64,000 nucleotides of DNA from a virus (IMGVR_UViG_3300031420_000399), one strand, 5' to 3'; positions 9,446 through 18,538 are shown, numbered from the stretch's first letter. Numbers and translations: made by a program. The notes: a model not told the origin generated them from the sequence alone.

Positions 9446-9876
9446 TGGCTGACTCCAGGATCACGCTCGGCGGCCTTCGTTCAGTTCTCGGCGAAGAGGG
9501 TCTCGTCGAAGGTCGGGACTTCACTGTGGACGCAGACAGCGAGGGTAATCTGCGGGTCACTGTCTCCGTGGCTCCGGATTCCTTCTATCTTCCCGAGGAG
9601 CTCCTTGGCCACGATCCCTCCAGGACCGAGGTCGACCGCGCACTGAGCTCAGGAAGCCGATCCAAGAAGACTAGGGACGGAGTTCGCTTTGAGCTCGCCA
9701 TCGCTTCCTTTAGGAAGGCTCTCTACGCGGATGAGAAGCTCACCGCATTCCTCGCTGATCCCCGCGCTGATCGTGGCGACGAGTTCAAGGATCGCGGAGA
9801 GGACATCTGGAAGCGCATCGAGGGTGAGGTCGCGCTCGAGGGCTTCGAGGAGCGCCTTCGGACCGACTTCTACTGA
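9445..9876 (+). CDS. hypothetical protein, family B copy 2
   Basis: TGATG overlap with copy 1; GLVEGRDF..LPEELL..IWKRI. Confidence 0.85.
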   Translation: MADSRITLGGLRSVLGEEGLVEGRDFTVDADSEGNLRVTVSVAPDSFYLPEELLGHDPSRTEVDRALSSGSRSKKTRDGVRFELAIASFRKALYADEKLTAFLADPRADRGDEFKDRGEDIWKRIEGEVALEGFEERLRTDFY

Positions 9877-9958
9877 GCCGCTCAGCTCAGAGCGACAGGA
9901 AGAGCACAGCTGACGAAAAGTGGTTGTGCTCTTCCTGTCTCTGGTGTAGGTTGGAACC

Positions 9959-10414
9959 ATGAGTCAGCAGCAGATCAACGACCTAAAGTCCTTCCTCGAG
10001 GCCCAGGGCTTCATCGAGGGTAAGCACTTCGAGACCCACATCGAGCAGGACACCAACGCCATGGACATCTCGGTGAAGATCCAGCTCGATGTGCCGAAGC
10101 CCATGCCCGAGGAACTTCTCCCCTTCCAGATGGATGGAGACGAGCTCGAGCGCTACCTTTGGAAGGGCAACTACGACGGCGACTTCAGAACCTCGGCTGG
10201 CATCGAGTACGAGATCGCCCTGAGCCGCTACGCAGGCGCCATCATGGACAAGGATCCCGAATGGCTCGAACTCAGCCGGCGAATCCTTGCTGGGGGCGAT
10301 GAGCTGCCCACCCTAGATGAGTACCAGCTCAAAAGGGGCGCCATCTGGAAGCGCATCTGCTTGGATCCTCAGATCGCAGCCTGGGAGCAGGACCTCAACG
10401 AGAACTACCGCTGA
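9959..10414 (+). CDS. hypothetical protein, family B copy 3
   Basis: Leaderless promoter TTGTGC-N17-TAGGTT; FLEAQGFIEG..MPEELL..IWKRI. Confidence 0.85.
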   Translation: MSQQQINDLKSFLEAQGFIEGKHFETHIEQDTNAMDISVKIQLDVPKPMPEELLPFQMDGDELERYLWKGNYDGDFRTSAGIEYEIALSRYAGAIMDKDPEWLELSRRILAGGDELPTLDEYQLKRGAIWKRICLDPQIAAWEQDLNENYR

Positions 10415-10439
10415 TCGAGGGATCGGAAGGACAGAGACT

Positions 10440-10661
10440 ATGGGCGCACGCTACGCTTTCGACCGGGACTACACCTACAACACCTTCGGCGCCAACGAGC
10501 ACATCGAGGTGACTCTCTACAAGCTCAACGGCAAGGGCACGAAGTGGAAGCCCATCCAGAGCTGGAGCTTCAGCACCTTCTTCAAGGAGCGAATCGCCGA
10601 GGCGCAGGCCGAACGGCGCATCCGTAAGCTTCGGGCTACCTACAACGCAGAAGCGATCTGA
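10440..10661 (+). CDS. small basic hypothetical protein
   Basis: ATG 10440 with GAAGGA SD. Confidence 0.8.
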   Translation: MGARYAFDRDYTYNTFGANEHIEVTLYKLNGKGTKWKPIQSWSFSTFFKERIAEAQAERRIRKLRATYNAEAI

Positions 10662-10670
10662 GCGGTTCCC

Positions 10671-11072
10671 ATGGAGATGAGCAAGCGAGAGATCCTGGAG
10701 CTCCAGGAAGTCGCCTGGAACGAGGGCGTGGAGGATCTGAAGCACGATCTTCTGCCCCCGCTCCACTACCACCCTCAGAGCACGGGTACCGACAATCCCT
10801 ACACCCGTAGGCTCCGAGAGCTCGACGAGAACCCGCAGCCTCGCAGTGTCCGTGGCGATGATCGAGTCCGAGAGGCGCTCGAACTTCTCCGGACACTTCG
10901 ATCCCGGGGAGAGTTCACTGATCTTCGGGAGCTCGGTCGCTCTGATTCCATGCTCGACAGTCTTGAGTCAGTTCTGAAGATGGGGCTGGAAGAGGACCGG
11001 GGAGACTACGACACGACTCCGGCAACGCTCCTAGCGGCTGCGGTCAATGAGTACGGGAAGCGACTGAGCTGA
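10671..11072 (+). CDS. hypothetical protein
   Basis: Co-oriented, typical codon bias. Confidence 0.75.
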   Translation: MEMSKREILELQEVAWNEGVEDLKHDLLPPLHYHPQSTGTDNPYTRRLRELDENPQPRSVRGDDRVREALELLRTLRSRGEFTDLRELGRSDSMLDSLESVLKMGLEEDRGDYDTTPATLLAAAVNEYGKRLS

Positions 11073-11110
11073 GGGTTGTGGAATCATGCGGTCGAGCATA
11101 TGATGGAACT

Positions 11111-11476
11111 ATGAACGACAACACCACGAAGACCGACAGTCGCGTCCACATCGATGTCGATTGGAGCGACTGGAATGGCACCCTTCCCGTGACCTCCGAT
11201 GCCGACGAGCTCGCAAAGGCCATCGATGGCGAGATCGCTGACCTCATCAAGGAGGGCATCTACCCGGAGGGTCTGCGCTTCGAGAAGCACATCGCAGGCG
11301 GGCTCCTCGAGGGTCGCCACCCGGCGCTGATCGAGGTCTCTGCTCCTGACTCGGCCACTATCTTCAAGTTCTACACGGCTTACTGCGGCGGAGACGAGAG
11401 GCAGGCGGCCGACGAGCTCAGCGAGGCCCAGTACGAGGGTTTCGACACATCCGTTCTCCCTTCTGAGTACCGCTGA
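11111..11476 (+). CDS. acidic hypothetical protein
   Basis: Leaderless promoter TTGTGG..TATGAT. Confidence 0.85.
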   Translation: MNDNTTKTDSRVHIDVDWSDWNGTLPVTSDADELAKAIDGEIADLIKEGIYPEGLRFEKHIAGGLLEGRHPALIEVSAPDSATIFKFYTAYCGGDERQAADELSEAQYEGFDTSVLPSEYR

Positions 11477-11597
11477 TCCTCTAAACCTCAGCAAAGCCGT
11501 AGCCTCATTCCCCTCGTGGGTCTGGGGCTACAGCTCTTTCGGGGCGCTTCAGGAATCGCGGTTGTACTCTTCAGACAGGCCGTGTACAGTTTCATCC

Positions 11598-12188
11598 ATG
11601 ACCACCACGCGCCAGACCTTCGGCCCCCTCGTCCATCGATCGCTCCAGGCCTCTGCTCGCTCCGCCCGAGAGATGGCGCGGATCTTCAGCTCCGAAGATG
11701 GCGACATCAGCCCCGAGTACCAGCGTGACTCGGTCTGGACCGAGGACCAGCGCATCGCCCTGGTTCGCTCCTGGCTCATGGGTGTACCGATCCCGGCAGT
11801 GGTGGTCAACGACCGGATCTTCGGCTCCTGGCCCAGGGATCGGACCGGACCTCTCGGCGGCTTCGCCTACGCAGTCATCGACGGCAAGCAGCGCATCGAG
11901 ACGGCCATTGCCTGGTTCGCTGGGGAGTTCGGTGTCCCCGCGTCTTGGCTCCCGGCAGATGTGGTTGAGACCACGGAGGACACCGAGGACGGCCCCTATG
12001 TTCACTACACTGGCCTCGAGGCCAGTGAGCAGCGCCACCAGGCTATGATGTTCCAGCTCCCCACGGTGGAAGCTCAGGTCGCCACGATCCAGGAAGAGGC
12101 CGAACTCTTCTTGCTCCTCAACGGTGCTGGCACCCCGCAGACCGAGGCCAATCTCTCCCAGGCTCAGGCCGTGGCCGAGGGCAACTGA
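11598..12188 (+). CDS. DUF262 (ParB-like; GmrSD/SspE N-terminal type) domain protein
   Basis: PEYQRDSVW..LVRSWLMGVPIP..VIDGKQRIET; leaderless promoter TTGTAC..TACAGT. Confidence 0.85.
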   Translation: MTTTRQTFGPLVHRSLQASARSAREMARIFSSEDGDISPEYQRDSVWTEDQRIALVRSWLMGVPIPAVVVNDRIFGSWPRDRTGPLGGFAYAVIDGKQRIETAIAWFAGEFGVPASWLPADVVETTEDTEDGPYVHYTGLEASEQRHQAMMFQLPTVEAQVATIQEEAELFLLLNGAGTPQTEANLSQAQAVAEGN

Positions 12189-12257
12189 GCTTCTCGGGCG
12201 ATAGCCCTTCGGCCACTCACTGACAGCACTCAAACAGACTTAGAGAAGGAGACTCCC

Positions 12258-12449
12258 ATGGAACCTCGCAAGATCGGTGATCGAGCAGCAGAGGGCTTCG
12301 GCAACGCCTGGGGCACCATCATCGGCGTCTTCCCCTTCACGGGTGCCTTCGGAGGCACCTACTACGAGTACGAGATCGAGTGGGATGACGGCGAGTACCC
12401 GGGTGAGCGCTACACCGAGGATGAGCTCCTCCCTATCCCCGTAGACTGA
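12258..12449 (+). CDS. small hypothetical protein
   Basis: SD AGAAGGAG. Confidence 0.8.
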   Translation: MEPRKIGDRAAEGFGNAWGTIIGVFPFTGAFGGTYYEYEIEWDDGEYPGERYTEDELLPIPVD

Positions 12450-12542
12450 GCGAATCTCAGTTCAGCTGGCCTGTAGGAATTCCCTAGGGGATGTTCCTAC
12501 AGGCCTGTTGTGCTGTCCTGGGCTCTGGTGTACGATTTTCCC

Positions 12543-12863
12543 ATGACCACCACATCGAAGAAGCTCACCAACATCCTCAAGTTCGGCGAGATCGTCCAGC
12601 ACGACGGCTACACCATGCAGGAAGCTGGCACCATCCAGCTCGGCAAGTCGAGCTTCGATGTGAAGCTCCAGGCCTTCCCCAACGGTGAAGTGACCACCTG
12701 GCTCCACGGCGCTCGAGGCGCCGAGTACATCCTCCAGCCGCTCTCCTCCATCGAGAACTCTGGCAAGTACCGGATCATGTCCTTCGGCTCGGGTGCCTTC
12801 CTCCGCCGGGCTGGCAACGAGGTCCGGATCTTCATGTTCGGCAACCTCATCGAGGAGATCTAA
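12543..12863 (+). CDS. hypothetical protein
   Basis: Leaderless promoter TTGTGC..TACGAT. Confidence 0.85.
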   Translation: MTTTSKKLTNILKFGEIVQHDGYTMQEAGTIQLGKSSFDVKLQAFPNGEVTTWLHGARGAEYILQPLSSIENSGKYRIMSFGSGAFLRRAGNEVRIFMFGNLIEEI

Positions 12864-12867
12864 GCAG

Positions 12868-13866
12868 ATGGTAGGAGCTTCAGCCTACAGCGAAGCCCGG
12901 CTTCAGCGAGCCTCCGAGGCCCTGGAAAAGCTCGGACTCTCCTCGGAGTACCTGGAGCTCCTCGCGGCCAACCCCTCCAGGGACTTTCCCTACCACGGCA
13001 ATGAGCACCAGCTTGCGGTGGCCAACCTCGCCTACCGCATGGGCTACACGCTTCAGCTCGGAGACAACGAGCGCAGAGCTCTCTTCCTCGCTGGTCTCTT
13101 TCACGACCAGGGCTACGATCTCAACGAGGAGGATTCAGCCAACATCGGCCAGGCCATCGCTCTGTCGAGCCCCAAGATCTACGAGCTCAACCCCGAGCTC
13201 CTCGAGCGAGTTGTTCAGCTCATCGCTGAAACGGAGGTTCCTCGCTCCCGGCCCAAGAGCCTGGCGGCGTCCATCCTTCAGGATGCGGACTTGCTCATGG
13301 TGACGCAGCCAGATGCCGACGAGTTCCTTCAGGGCCTCGCGCTTGAGCGTCCAGGCACCGTGATCGATCCGAGATTTCCAGGAGAGGCAGCCCTCAACAA
13401 CGAGATCGCTCGCCGGCTCTATAGGACAGCCATGGAGCTGCGAGAGTCCGGCCGAAAGGTCGAGGACCCCCTCCTGGCGGTGTCAGTGGGTAACACTCAC
13501 CACCAGCAGACGCTCTCTTCCCGAGGCTTCCTCGTCGATACGGATCTCTTGGAAGTTCTCGAGCTCCTCTGGGCCCAGGGCTACGAGACCGTCTACTCCT
13601 GCAGTGGTGATCCCGCCGGCGAGATCGCTCTGGGCTTCGATGAGCCCATCCGAAGCTACATCGCTTTCGTGAACACCACGGAGGCCCAGGAAGAGATGCT
13701 CATGAGCCTGGCCTTCGCCATGGGCAGCGGCCTGGAGTACTTCGATGGCTCCGAGGGCTCACTCAAGGCTACGGTGCTGCGCTTCTACAACTGGCGGATC
13801 GCTGATCTACTCACGATCACTCGCTACAGGCTCGAAGGCGTCGAGCCTGAGGAGCTCCAGGACTAG
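12868..13866 (+). CDS. HD-domain phosphohydrolase fused to a second domain
   Basis: PYHGNEH..AGLFHDQGY..LQDADL; C-terminal VDTDLLEVLELLWAQGYETVYSCSGD. Confidence 0.75.
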   Translation: MVGASAYSEARLQRASEALEKLGLSSEYLELLAANPSRDFPYHGNEHQLAVANLAYRMGYTLQLGDNERRALFLAGLFHDQGYDLNEEDSANIGQAIALSSPKIYELNPELLERVVQLIAETEVPRSRPKSLAASILQDADLLMVTQPDADEFLQGLALERPGTVIDPRFPGEAALNNEIARRLYRTAMELRESGRKVEDPLLAVSVGNTHHQQTLSSRGFLVDTDLLEVLELLWAQGYETVYSCSGDPAGEIALGFDEPIRSYIAFVNTTEAQEEMLMSLAFAMGSGLEYFDGSEGSLKATVLRFYNWRIADLLTITRYRLEGVEPEELQD

Positions 13867-13944
13867 AGTACTGTGAGTCGACGGGCTGAGAAAAAGTTTG
13901 GACAGACTGTTGCGGTCGACAAGATCGCGGTTTACAATGGACCT

Positions 13945-14337
13945 ATGAACGCCACCGCGAACACCACCGCAACCGCTGAGACCATCACCTCCACCGACGG
14001 CATGATCGTCGCTCGCCCGCAGATCGGCCAGGGCGCCACCCTCCACTACCCGCAGGACACCTACGGCTTCGTCGTCACCAAGGTCTCCGACTCCGGCAAG
14101 ACCGTGACCCTGGCAGAGCTCATCAGCCCGAGCCTCGCCACCGGCCACACGGTGGATCGCCACGACGGCCCCTTCCCGATCTGGGACCACACCTACACCG
14201 AAGACGAGCTCAAGTCCATGATCGACCCCCAGGGGAAGGTCACCACGATCCGCCTCAACAAGAAGGGCCGCTGGGCCAGCAAGGGCACGCCCTTCACCGT
14301 CGGCAAGGCGCGCTACTACCGCAACTACTCCTACTGA
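13945..14337 (+). CDS. phage-type hypothetical protein
   Basis: Leaderless TACAAT promoter; IGQGAT..DTYGFVVTKVSDSGKTV. Confidence 0.85.
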   Translation: MNATANTTATAETITSTDGMIVARPQIGQGATLHYPQDTYGFVVTKVSDSGKTVTLAELISPSLATGHTVDRHDGPFPIWDHTYTEDELKSMIDPQGKVTTIRLNKKGRWASKGTPFTVGKARYYRNYSY

Positions 14338-14347
14338 TCCACCATCC

Positions 14348-14377
14348 GGGGAGGGTCGCCTTCGGGTGGCCCTCCCC
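14348..14377 (+). terminator. hairpin terminator
   Basis: GGGGAGGGTCGCC-TTCG-GGTGGCCCTCCCC. Confidence 0.8.
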
Positions 14378-14426
14378 TCCCTCTCTTTCCCCAGCTTTAG
14401 CGCATTCACGAATCTCAGGAGACTCC

Positions 14427-14714
14427 ATGACTCTCAATCGCTCAGAAAACGACGGCGGTCTCTACGGCACCGCTCCGGTGATCCTCGCCCGGGAGAAGAA
14501 CGGTCAGGTCGACTTCCTCATCGGCTACGGCTCGCCCTGGGGTCCCATCACCATGAGCGAGTTCGAGGGGAGCCGCTTCGTAGAGAAGTCCAAGGGCCAG
14601 TGGGAAGAGCTCGGCTTCACCGTCACCGAGACCCCAGCCATCGAAGAAGCCCGTAGGCTCAGCCGGGAGCGCCTCGCTGCCCAAATGAACCCCAAGCCCT
14701 TCCCCAAGGGCTAG
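14427..14714 (+). CDS. hypothetical protein
   Basis: SD AGGAG. Confidence 0.8.
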   Translation: MTLNRSENDGGLYGTAPVILAREKNGQVDFLIGYGSPWGPITMSEFEGSRFVEKSKGQWEELGFTVTETPAIEEARRLSRERLAAQMNPKPFPKG

Positions 14715-14729
14715 AACAGGAGAACCGCA

Positions 14730-14975
14730 ATGGCACAGGGAATTCCCAGCAGAGCAGAGGCCATCGCCTTTGCCCGAAGGGCTGGCGAGGAGATCGGCAA
14801 GATCCTCGAGGATGGCAAGGTCCACAAGATCAACGATGTGCTCAAGGAGGCTAGCGAGCGCTGCCACACTATCGCCGACGATCTGGCCTCGCCATTGAGC
14901 ACCATGATCGCCAAGGGCAAGGTCGCTGCCGACATGGTTCGAGGCACTATCCGCAAGCCTGGCTCGAAGGACTGA
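14730..14975 (+). CDS. small hypothetical protein
   Basis: SD AGGAG. Confidence 0.8.
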   Translation: MAQGIPSRAEAIAFARRAGEEIGKILEDGKVHKINDVLKEASERCHTIADDLASPLSTMIAKGKVAADMVRGTIRKPGSKD

Positions 14976-14981
14976 TCGCAG

Positions 14982-15383
14982 ATGGCCAGAATCTTCCGTC
15001 GATCCATCGCGGCAGCTGTCCTCAGCCTCGGCGCTGCCGTAGCGCTCACGGGCTGCATGGCTCAGGTTCCCGCGGACCAGCTCCCCAGCTACACGATCTA
15101 CCAGAAGAAGGTAGGTGCCTTCGAGCAGCGCGCCTTTGGCTACATCGCCCCCTCGGGAAAGCACGAGGATCTCAAGTGCGAAAGGCCGGGCATGTTCGCT
15201 CGCTGGCACTGTGAGTCCAAGGACGGCGTGCTGAAGTTCGACTACACCACCCACAAGTCGAGCACCTATCTCAAGGATGTGACCGTGGATGGAGCCGAGC
15301 GAAAGATGACACAGGTGGACTCGCCTCAGGATGGCGTGCGAAAGACCTGGATCCCCGAGGACAGCCTCAAGGGTGACCAGTAG
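14982..15383 (+). CDS. lipoprotein, family C
   Basis: Signal peptide with LTGC lipobox; similar to 59424..59843. Confidence 0.8.
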   Translation: MARIFRRSIAAAVLSLGAAVALTGCMAQVPADQLPSYTIYQKKVGAFEQRAFGYIAPSGKHEDLKCERPGMFARWHCESKDGVLKFDYTTHKSSTYLKDVTVDGAERKMTQVDSPQDGVRKTWIPEDSLKGDQ

Positions 15384-15417
15384 GCTCTGGGCTGCCCTCT
15401 AAGGCACTTTCCCACAG

Positions 15418-15449
15418 CAACTATAGTTGTCGTCCGCACACTATAGTTG
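15418..15449. promoter_or_regulatory. putative tandem palindromic operator
   Basis: Perfect palindrome CAACTATAGTTG (15418-15429) and a second ACTATAGTTG 20 bp later. Confidence 0.45.
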
Positions 15450-15529
15450 CAGGCGCAGACTGTCGCAGGACGCAGTTTGAATTGGGCTACCTCGCGATAG
15501 TACCCCACACCTAGCGGATGGAGAGCTAA

Positions 15530-15820
15530 ATGGCCCCGAGAGATTCAGACAGCTTCAAGCCCGAAGATGAGAACATCCTCATCCCATTTTGGCTTGTCCA
15601 AGAGGCCCTGGAGGAAGCCAACTTCGGCTCTGACTTCGGCGAGACTACGACGGCAGACGAGCGCCTTCAGGAGGCACTAGGGTTGATCGAGGCAAGGGCC
15701 GATCACTACATGGAGATCAGCCGGGAGAGCAGAGTTGATCGCACGAGGCGGCTCGCCGATGAGCTTCGCTGGCAGGCACAGCGCAACATCGAGAGGCTCC
15801 GGAGAGGCAAGCGGGGCTGA
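15530..15820 (+). CDS. hypothetical protein
   Basis: GGAG SD; co-oriented. Confidence 0.75.
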   Translation: MAPRDSDSFKPEDENILIPFWLVQEALEEANFGSDFGETTTADERLQEALGLIEARADHYMEISRESRVDRTRRLADELRWQAQRNIERLRRGKRG

Positions 15821-15881
15821 CTTCAGATTGATTTCAAACTGAGGGTTGTGCACTCCGTAGGGCGCGGATTACAATGGACCT

Positions 15882-16247
15882 ATGAACGCCACCACAAACA
15901 CCACCGCCGCCCAGATCCACCGCCTCGAAGTTGGCACTCGCCTCGGAGTTCGCATGAAGAGCTACAGAGGAGGCCTCACCCTCCCCCACCACTTCACCCT
16001 CGGATCGGTCGCCGAGTACGCCGCTCGCTACAACGAGGACCAGGAAGCAGCTGTGGAGCGTGCCCGCAAGAACGGCCATGACCTCTACTACGCCATCAGC
16101 GAAGGCGTGATGATCAGCGCTCACCCCCAGGAAGTCGTCGAGCGTGTCGAGGTCGCCCTGGGTGACATCATCGAGATGGACGGTCAGCAGTTCACCGTCA
16201 TCCAGACCCCTAACCAGAACCTCGGGCTGGTGCCGGCAGGCGCCTGA
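15882..16247 (+). CDS. phage-type hypothetical protein
   Basis: Leaderless TTGTGC..TACAAT promoter; strong C3 bias. Confidence 0.85.
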   Translation: MNATTNTTAAQIHRLEVGTRLGVRMKSYRGGLTLPHHFTLGSVAEYAARYNEDQEAAVERARKNGHDLYYAISEGVMISAHPQEVVERVEVALGDIIEMDGQQFTVIQTPNQNLGLVPAGA

Positions 16248-16259
16248 CAGGAACCTCCA

Positions 16260-16300
16260 GTCGCCCGCTTGTCTCCGAAAGGGGCTGGCGGGCGGCTTTC
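16260..16300 (+). terminator. hairpin terminator with GAAA loop
   Basis: GTCGCCCGC..CC-GAAA-GG..GCGGGCGGC then TTT. Confidence 0.7.
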
Positions 16301-16337
16301 TGTTATCTTAAGCTTCCTACAAGCTGATAGCTCTTCC

Positions 16338-16799
16338 ATGACGAAATCGAATCTCAATCCCAGTGTTCTCAAGATCAGCCTCATCGTGGCTGGCATCTCA
16401 CTGGGAGTTCTTCTACTCGCGCCGCTAGCAGTGGTTGTTGGAGCGGCCTTCTCATCGGACGGTATGGCAGGCTCAGGATCCTACGCGCTTACCACTCTCC
16501 TCTACTCGCTGGTTGCCGACCTGGGCTTCCTACTCCTCTGTGGCGTACCCCCGCTTCTCCGCCGCTGGGTCGCCGGTGAAAGCTACGAGGATGAAGAGAT
16601 TCACAGATTCGTAGGAGCTTCATTGATCTACGGATTCTTCCGAGTGGTGATTCTCTTCCAGCTGTTCAGTGGCAAGATCGGCAGCTTTGACCATAGTGCC
16701 TTCATGGAGAAGGGCTTGGTGTTCTTACTTGTTCTAGCAGGTTTAGGTGTCTTCATGCGCTACTGCATCTCCATCGGAGATTGGTTCAGGACTGCATGA
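16338..16799 (+). CDS. multi-pass membrane protein
   Basis: About four hydrophobic segments. Confidence 0.7.
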   Translation: MTKSNLNPSVLKISLIVAGISLGVLLLAPLAVVVGAAFSSDGMAGSGSYALTTLLYSLVADLGFLLLCGVPPLLRRWVAGESYEDEEIHRFVGASLIYGFFRVVILFQLFSGKIGSFDHSAFMEKGLVFLLVLAGLGVFMRYCISIGDWFRTA

Positions 16800-16889
16800 C
16801 AAAACATCGCGGTATCGTCTCCCCGATGATAGGATCGATCTGAGTCCAGCTTCAAGCAGGATTCCCTAACCGGCAGGTCAGCCGGCCGA

Positions 16890-17858
16890 TTGAAGGAGCC
16901 ACCCGTGGCAGAAGACAGCATCGAACTCGAGCGCGTCCGCGTCCGCTACGACCGCCGGGATGGAGCCTTCAGGCTCACTTCCTCTGACTCCAGGCTCAAG
17001 GGTAGGTCATTCCGGCTCACTCTCTCCAAGGGTAGTGACGCAGTAGACAGCCTCATGGATGTCTTCGAGGAAGAAGGCATCCTCAGCGCCGAGGATCGCA
17101 TTCCTACCGTGGTCCAGCTCCGAGAGCTCGCCGGGCTCAGCCAGGAAGTTGACGAGTACAGTCTCACGGGTCAGGAGCGACCCTTCCAGGACAGTCGACT
17201 TGTCTTTTCGGTGGGCCAGCACATGGGTGGAGCTGCCATGAGCGTGGACCTCAGCTACTCACCTCACACGCTCATCACCGGCAAGCCTGGTACCGGAAAA
17301 ACTCAGACGCTCCGCATCTTTCTCAAGCGAGCCCGGGAACTTGCGCTGGCCAACAAGGCGAGCCTTCTCATCTTGAACTCATCCCAGAGCGATGGGAGCA
17401 AGTATGCCACGCTCGCAAAGCTCACCGGCATCCTGAAGGCTCGCATTGAGATACTGCAGCAGACAGGTGCCCGGGACTCGAGGGACTATGAGGCTCGAGT
17501 GGGGACCATGGCGCCTCTCTTCGTCTTTGTGGATGGACTGGATCGGGTGAAGCGCAGCGACTGGCTGCCCGAGCTTCTGAGCTTCGGCGAGACGGTGGGC
17601 ATCTACCTCTTCGCCACTGTGAACTCAGTCATGGACATTCCCCGCTTCGCCGACGACTATACGCTCCTCAACATCGGCAGACGCATCGAGATGGGACTTC
17701 CATCTGTTGGATCTCCTGGTAGCACTCTCAGCAAGCGCCTCTTCGACAGCCTCGGCCGGGGCACCATCGGCACCAATGGCTTCCCCGCAGAGCTTGTTCA
17801 ATTCGCCGATCTGAGCGGGGATAAGGATGGCAGAGCCCTCGAAAGGATGCTCCCATGA
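16890..17858 (+). CDS. FtsK/HerA-like P-loop ATPase domain protein
   Basis: PHTLITGKPGTGKT Walker A; LFVFVDG degenerate Walker B; start may be GTG 16905-16907. Confidence 0.65.
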   Translation: MKEPPVAEDSIELERVRVRYDRRDGAFRLTSSDSRLKGRSFRLTLSKGSDAVDSLMDVFEEEGILSAEDRIPTVVQLRELAGLSQEVDEYSLTGQERPFQDSRLVFSVGQHMGGAAMSVDLSYSPHTLITGKPGTGKTQTLRIFLKRARELALANKASLLILNSSQSDGSKYATLAKLTGILKARIEILQQTGARDSRDYEARVGTMAPLFVFVDGLDRVKRSDWLPELLSFGETVGIYLFATVNSVMDIPRFADDYTLLNIGRRIEMGLPSVGSPGSTLSKRLFDSLGRGTIGTNGFPAELVQFADLSGDKDGRALERMLP

Positions 17859-18538
17859 GTGCGACTCATAGCCTGCCTCGCTCCAAGGATGATGAGCCCT
17901 TCGACTGGTCTGTCTTTCTCTGGAGCAAGCACAACAGGGCAGGTACTCGAGGCGTGGTCTTCGCACCCCATCCTCAGCTCGTGCTCCTCGACCGAGAGGG
18001 TATCAGCTTCGTAGCTAGTTCAGGACTCCTCATCGTCTTGACGCTGATGGCGATGTCCATTGCCTTTCTCTCACCCTTCCGTGATCTACTGGTGGACGGT
18101 GGGCTGATCTCCTACTCAGAGTCTCCTCTCGACGGAGGGTCTGGTTGGCTCCTAGGCTGGAGCTTTGGGCTGGCTGTGCTGCTATCGGGACTCATCCACG
18201 AGAGTGGTCACTGGATAGCCTACAAGCTCACAGGTCGCAGGCTCGTGGTGTTCACCCTTGCTGCTCGCATGTCGGTCACAGCGGATCGTGGGCCATCCAA
18301 CAGCTACCAGAGGCTCCTGATTTCAGCTGCTGGCGGGACTCTAGAAGCCCTCGTCGGAGGCTGTCTTCTCCTAACTCAGGGAGGCTTCGGCTGGAACGGG
18401 TTACAGCTCATCGCTGCGGCTTTGATCTTCAACGGGCTAGCCAATGTGTTCCTTCCGACTCGAAGCGAATCAGATGGCTGGCGAGTCTGGAGCTCGCTCT
18501 TCGCCATCCTCATCGGTCGAGGCGGCAGAAGCCTGTAG
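17855..18538 (+). CDS. M50/site-2-protease-like membrane metallopeptidase
   Basis: LIHESGH, ISAAGG, N..P....SDG within TM segments; ATGA overlap with the ATPase gene. Confidence 0.75.
   Translation: MSATHSLPRSKDDEPFDWSVFLWSKHNRAGTRGVVFAPHPQLVLLDREGISFVASSGLLIVLTLMAMSIAFLSPFRDLLVDGGLISYSESPLDGGSGWLLGWSFGLAVLLSGLIHESGHWIAYKLTGRRLVVFTLAARMSVTADRGPSNSYQRLLISAAGGTLEALVGGCLLLTQGGFGWNGLQLIAAALIFNGLANVFLPTRSESDGWRVWSSLFAILIGRGGRSL

Noticed and set aside
13926-15907. All three mismatches in the 45-bp repeat are A in the second copy, which looks like a DGR template/variable pair
   Set aside because: Only three positions, the repeat covers a promoter and N-terminus rather than a C-terminal variable region, and no reverse transcriptase is in the window
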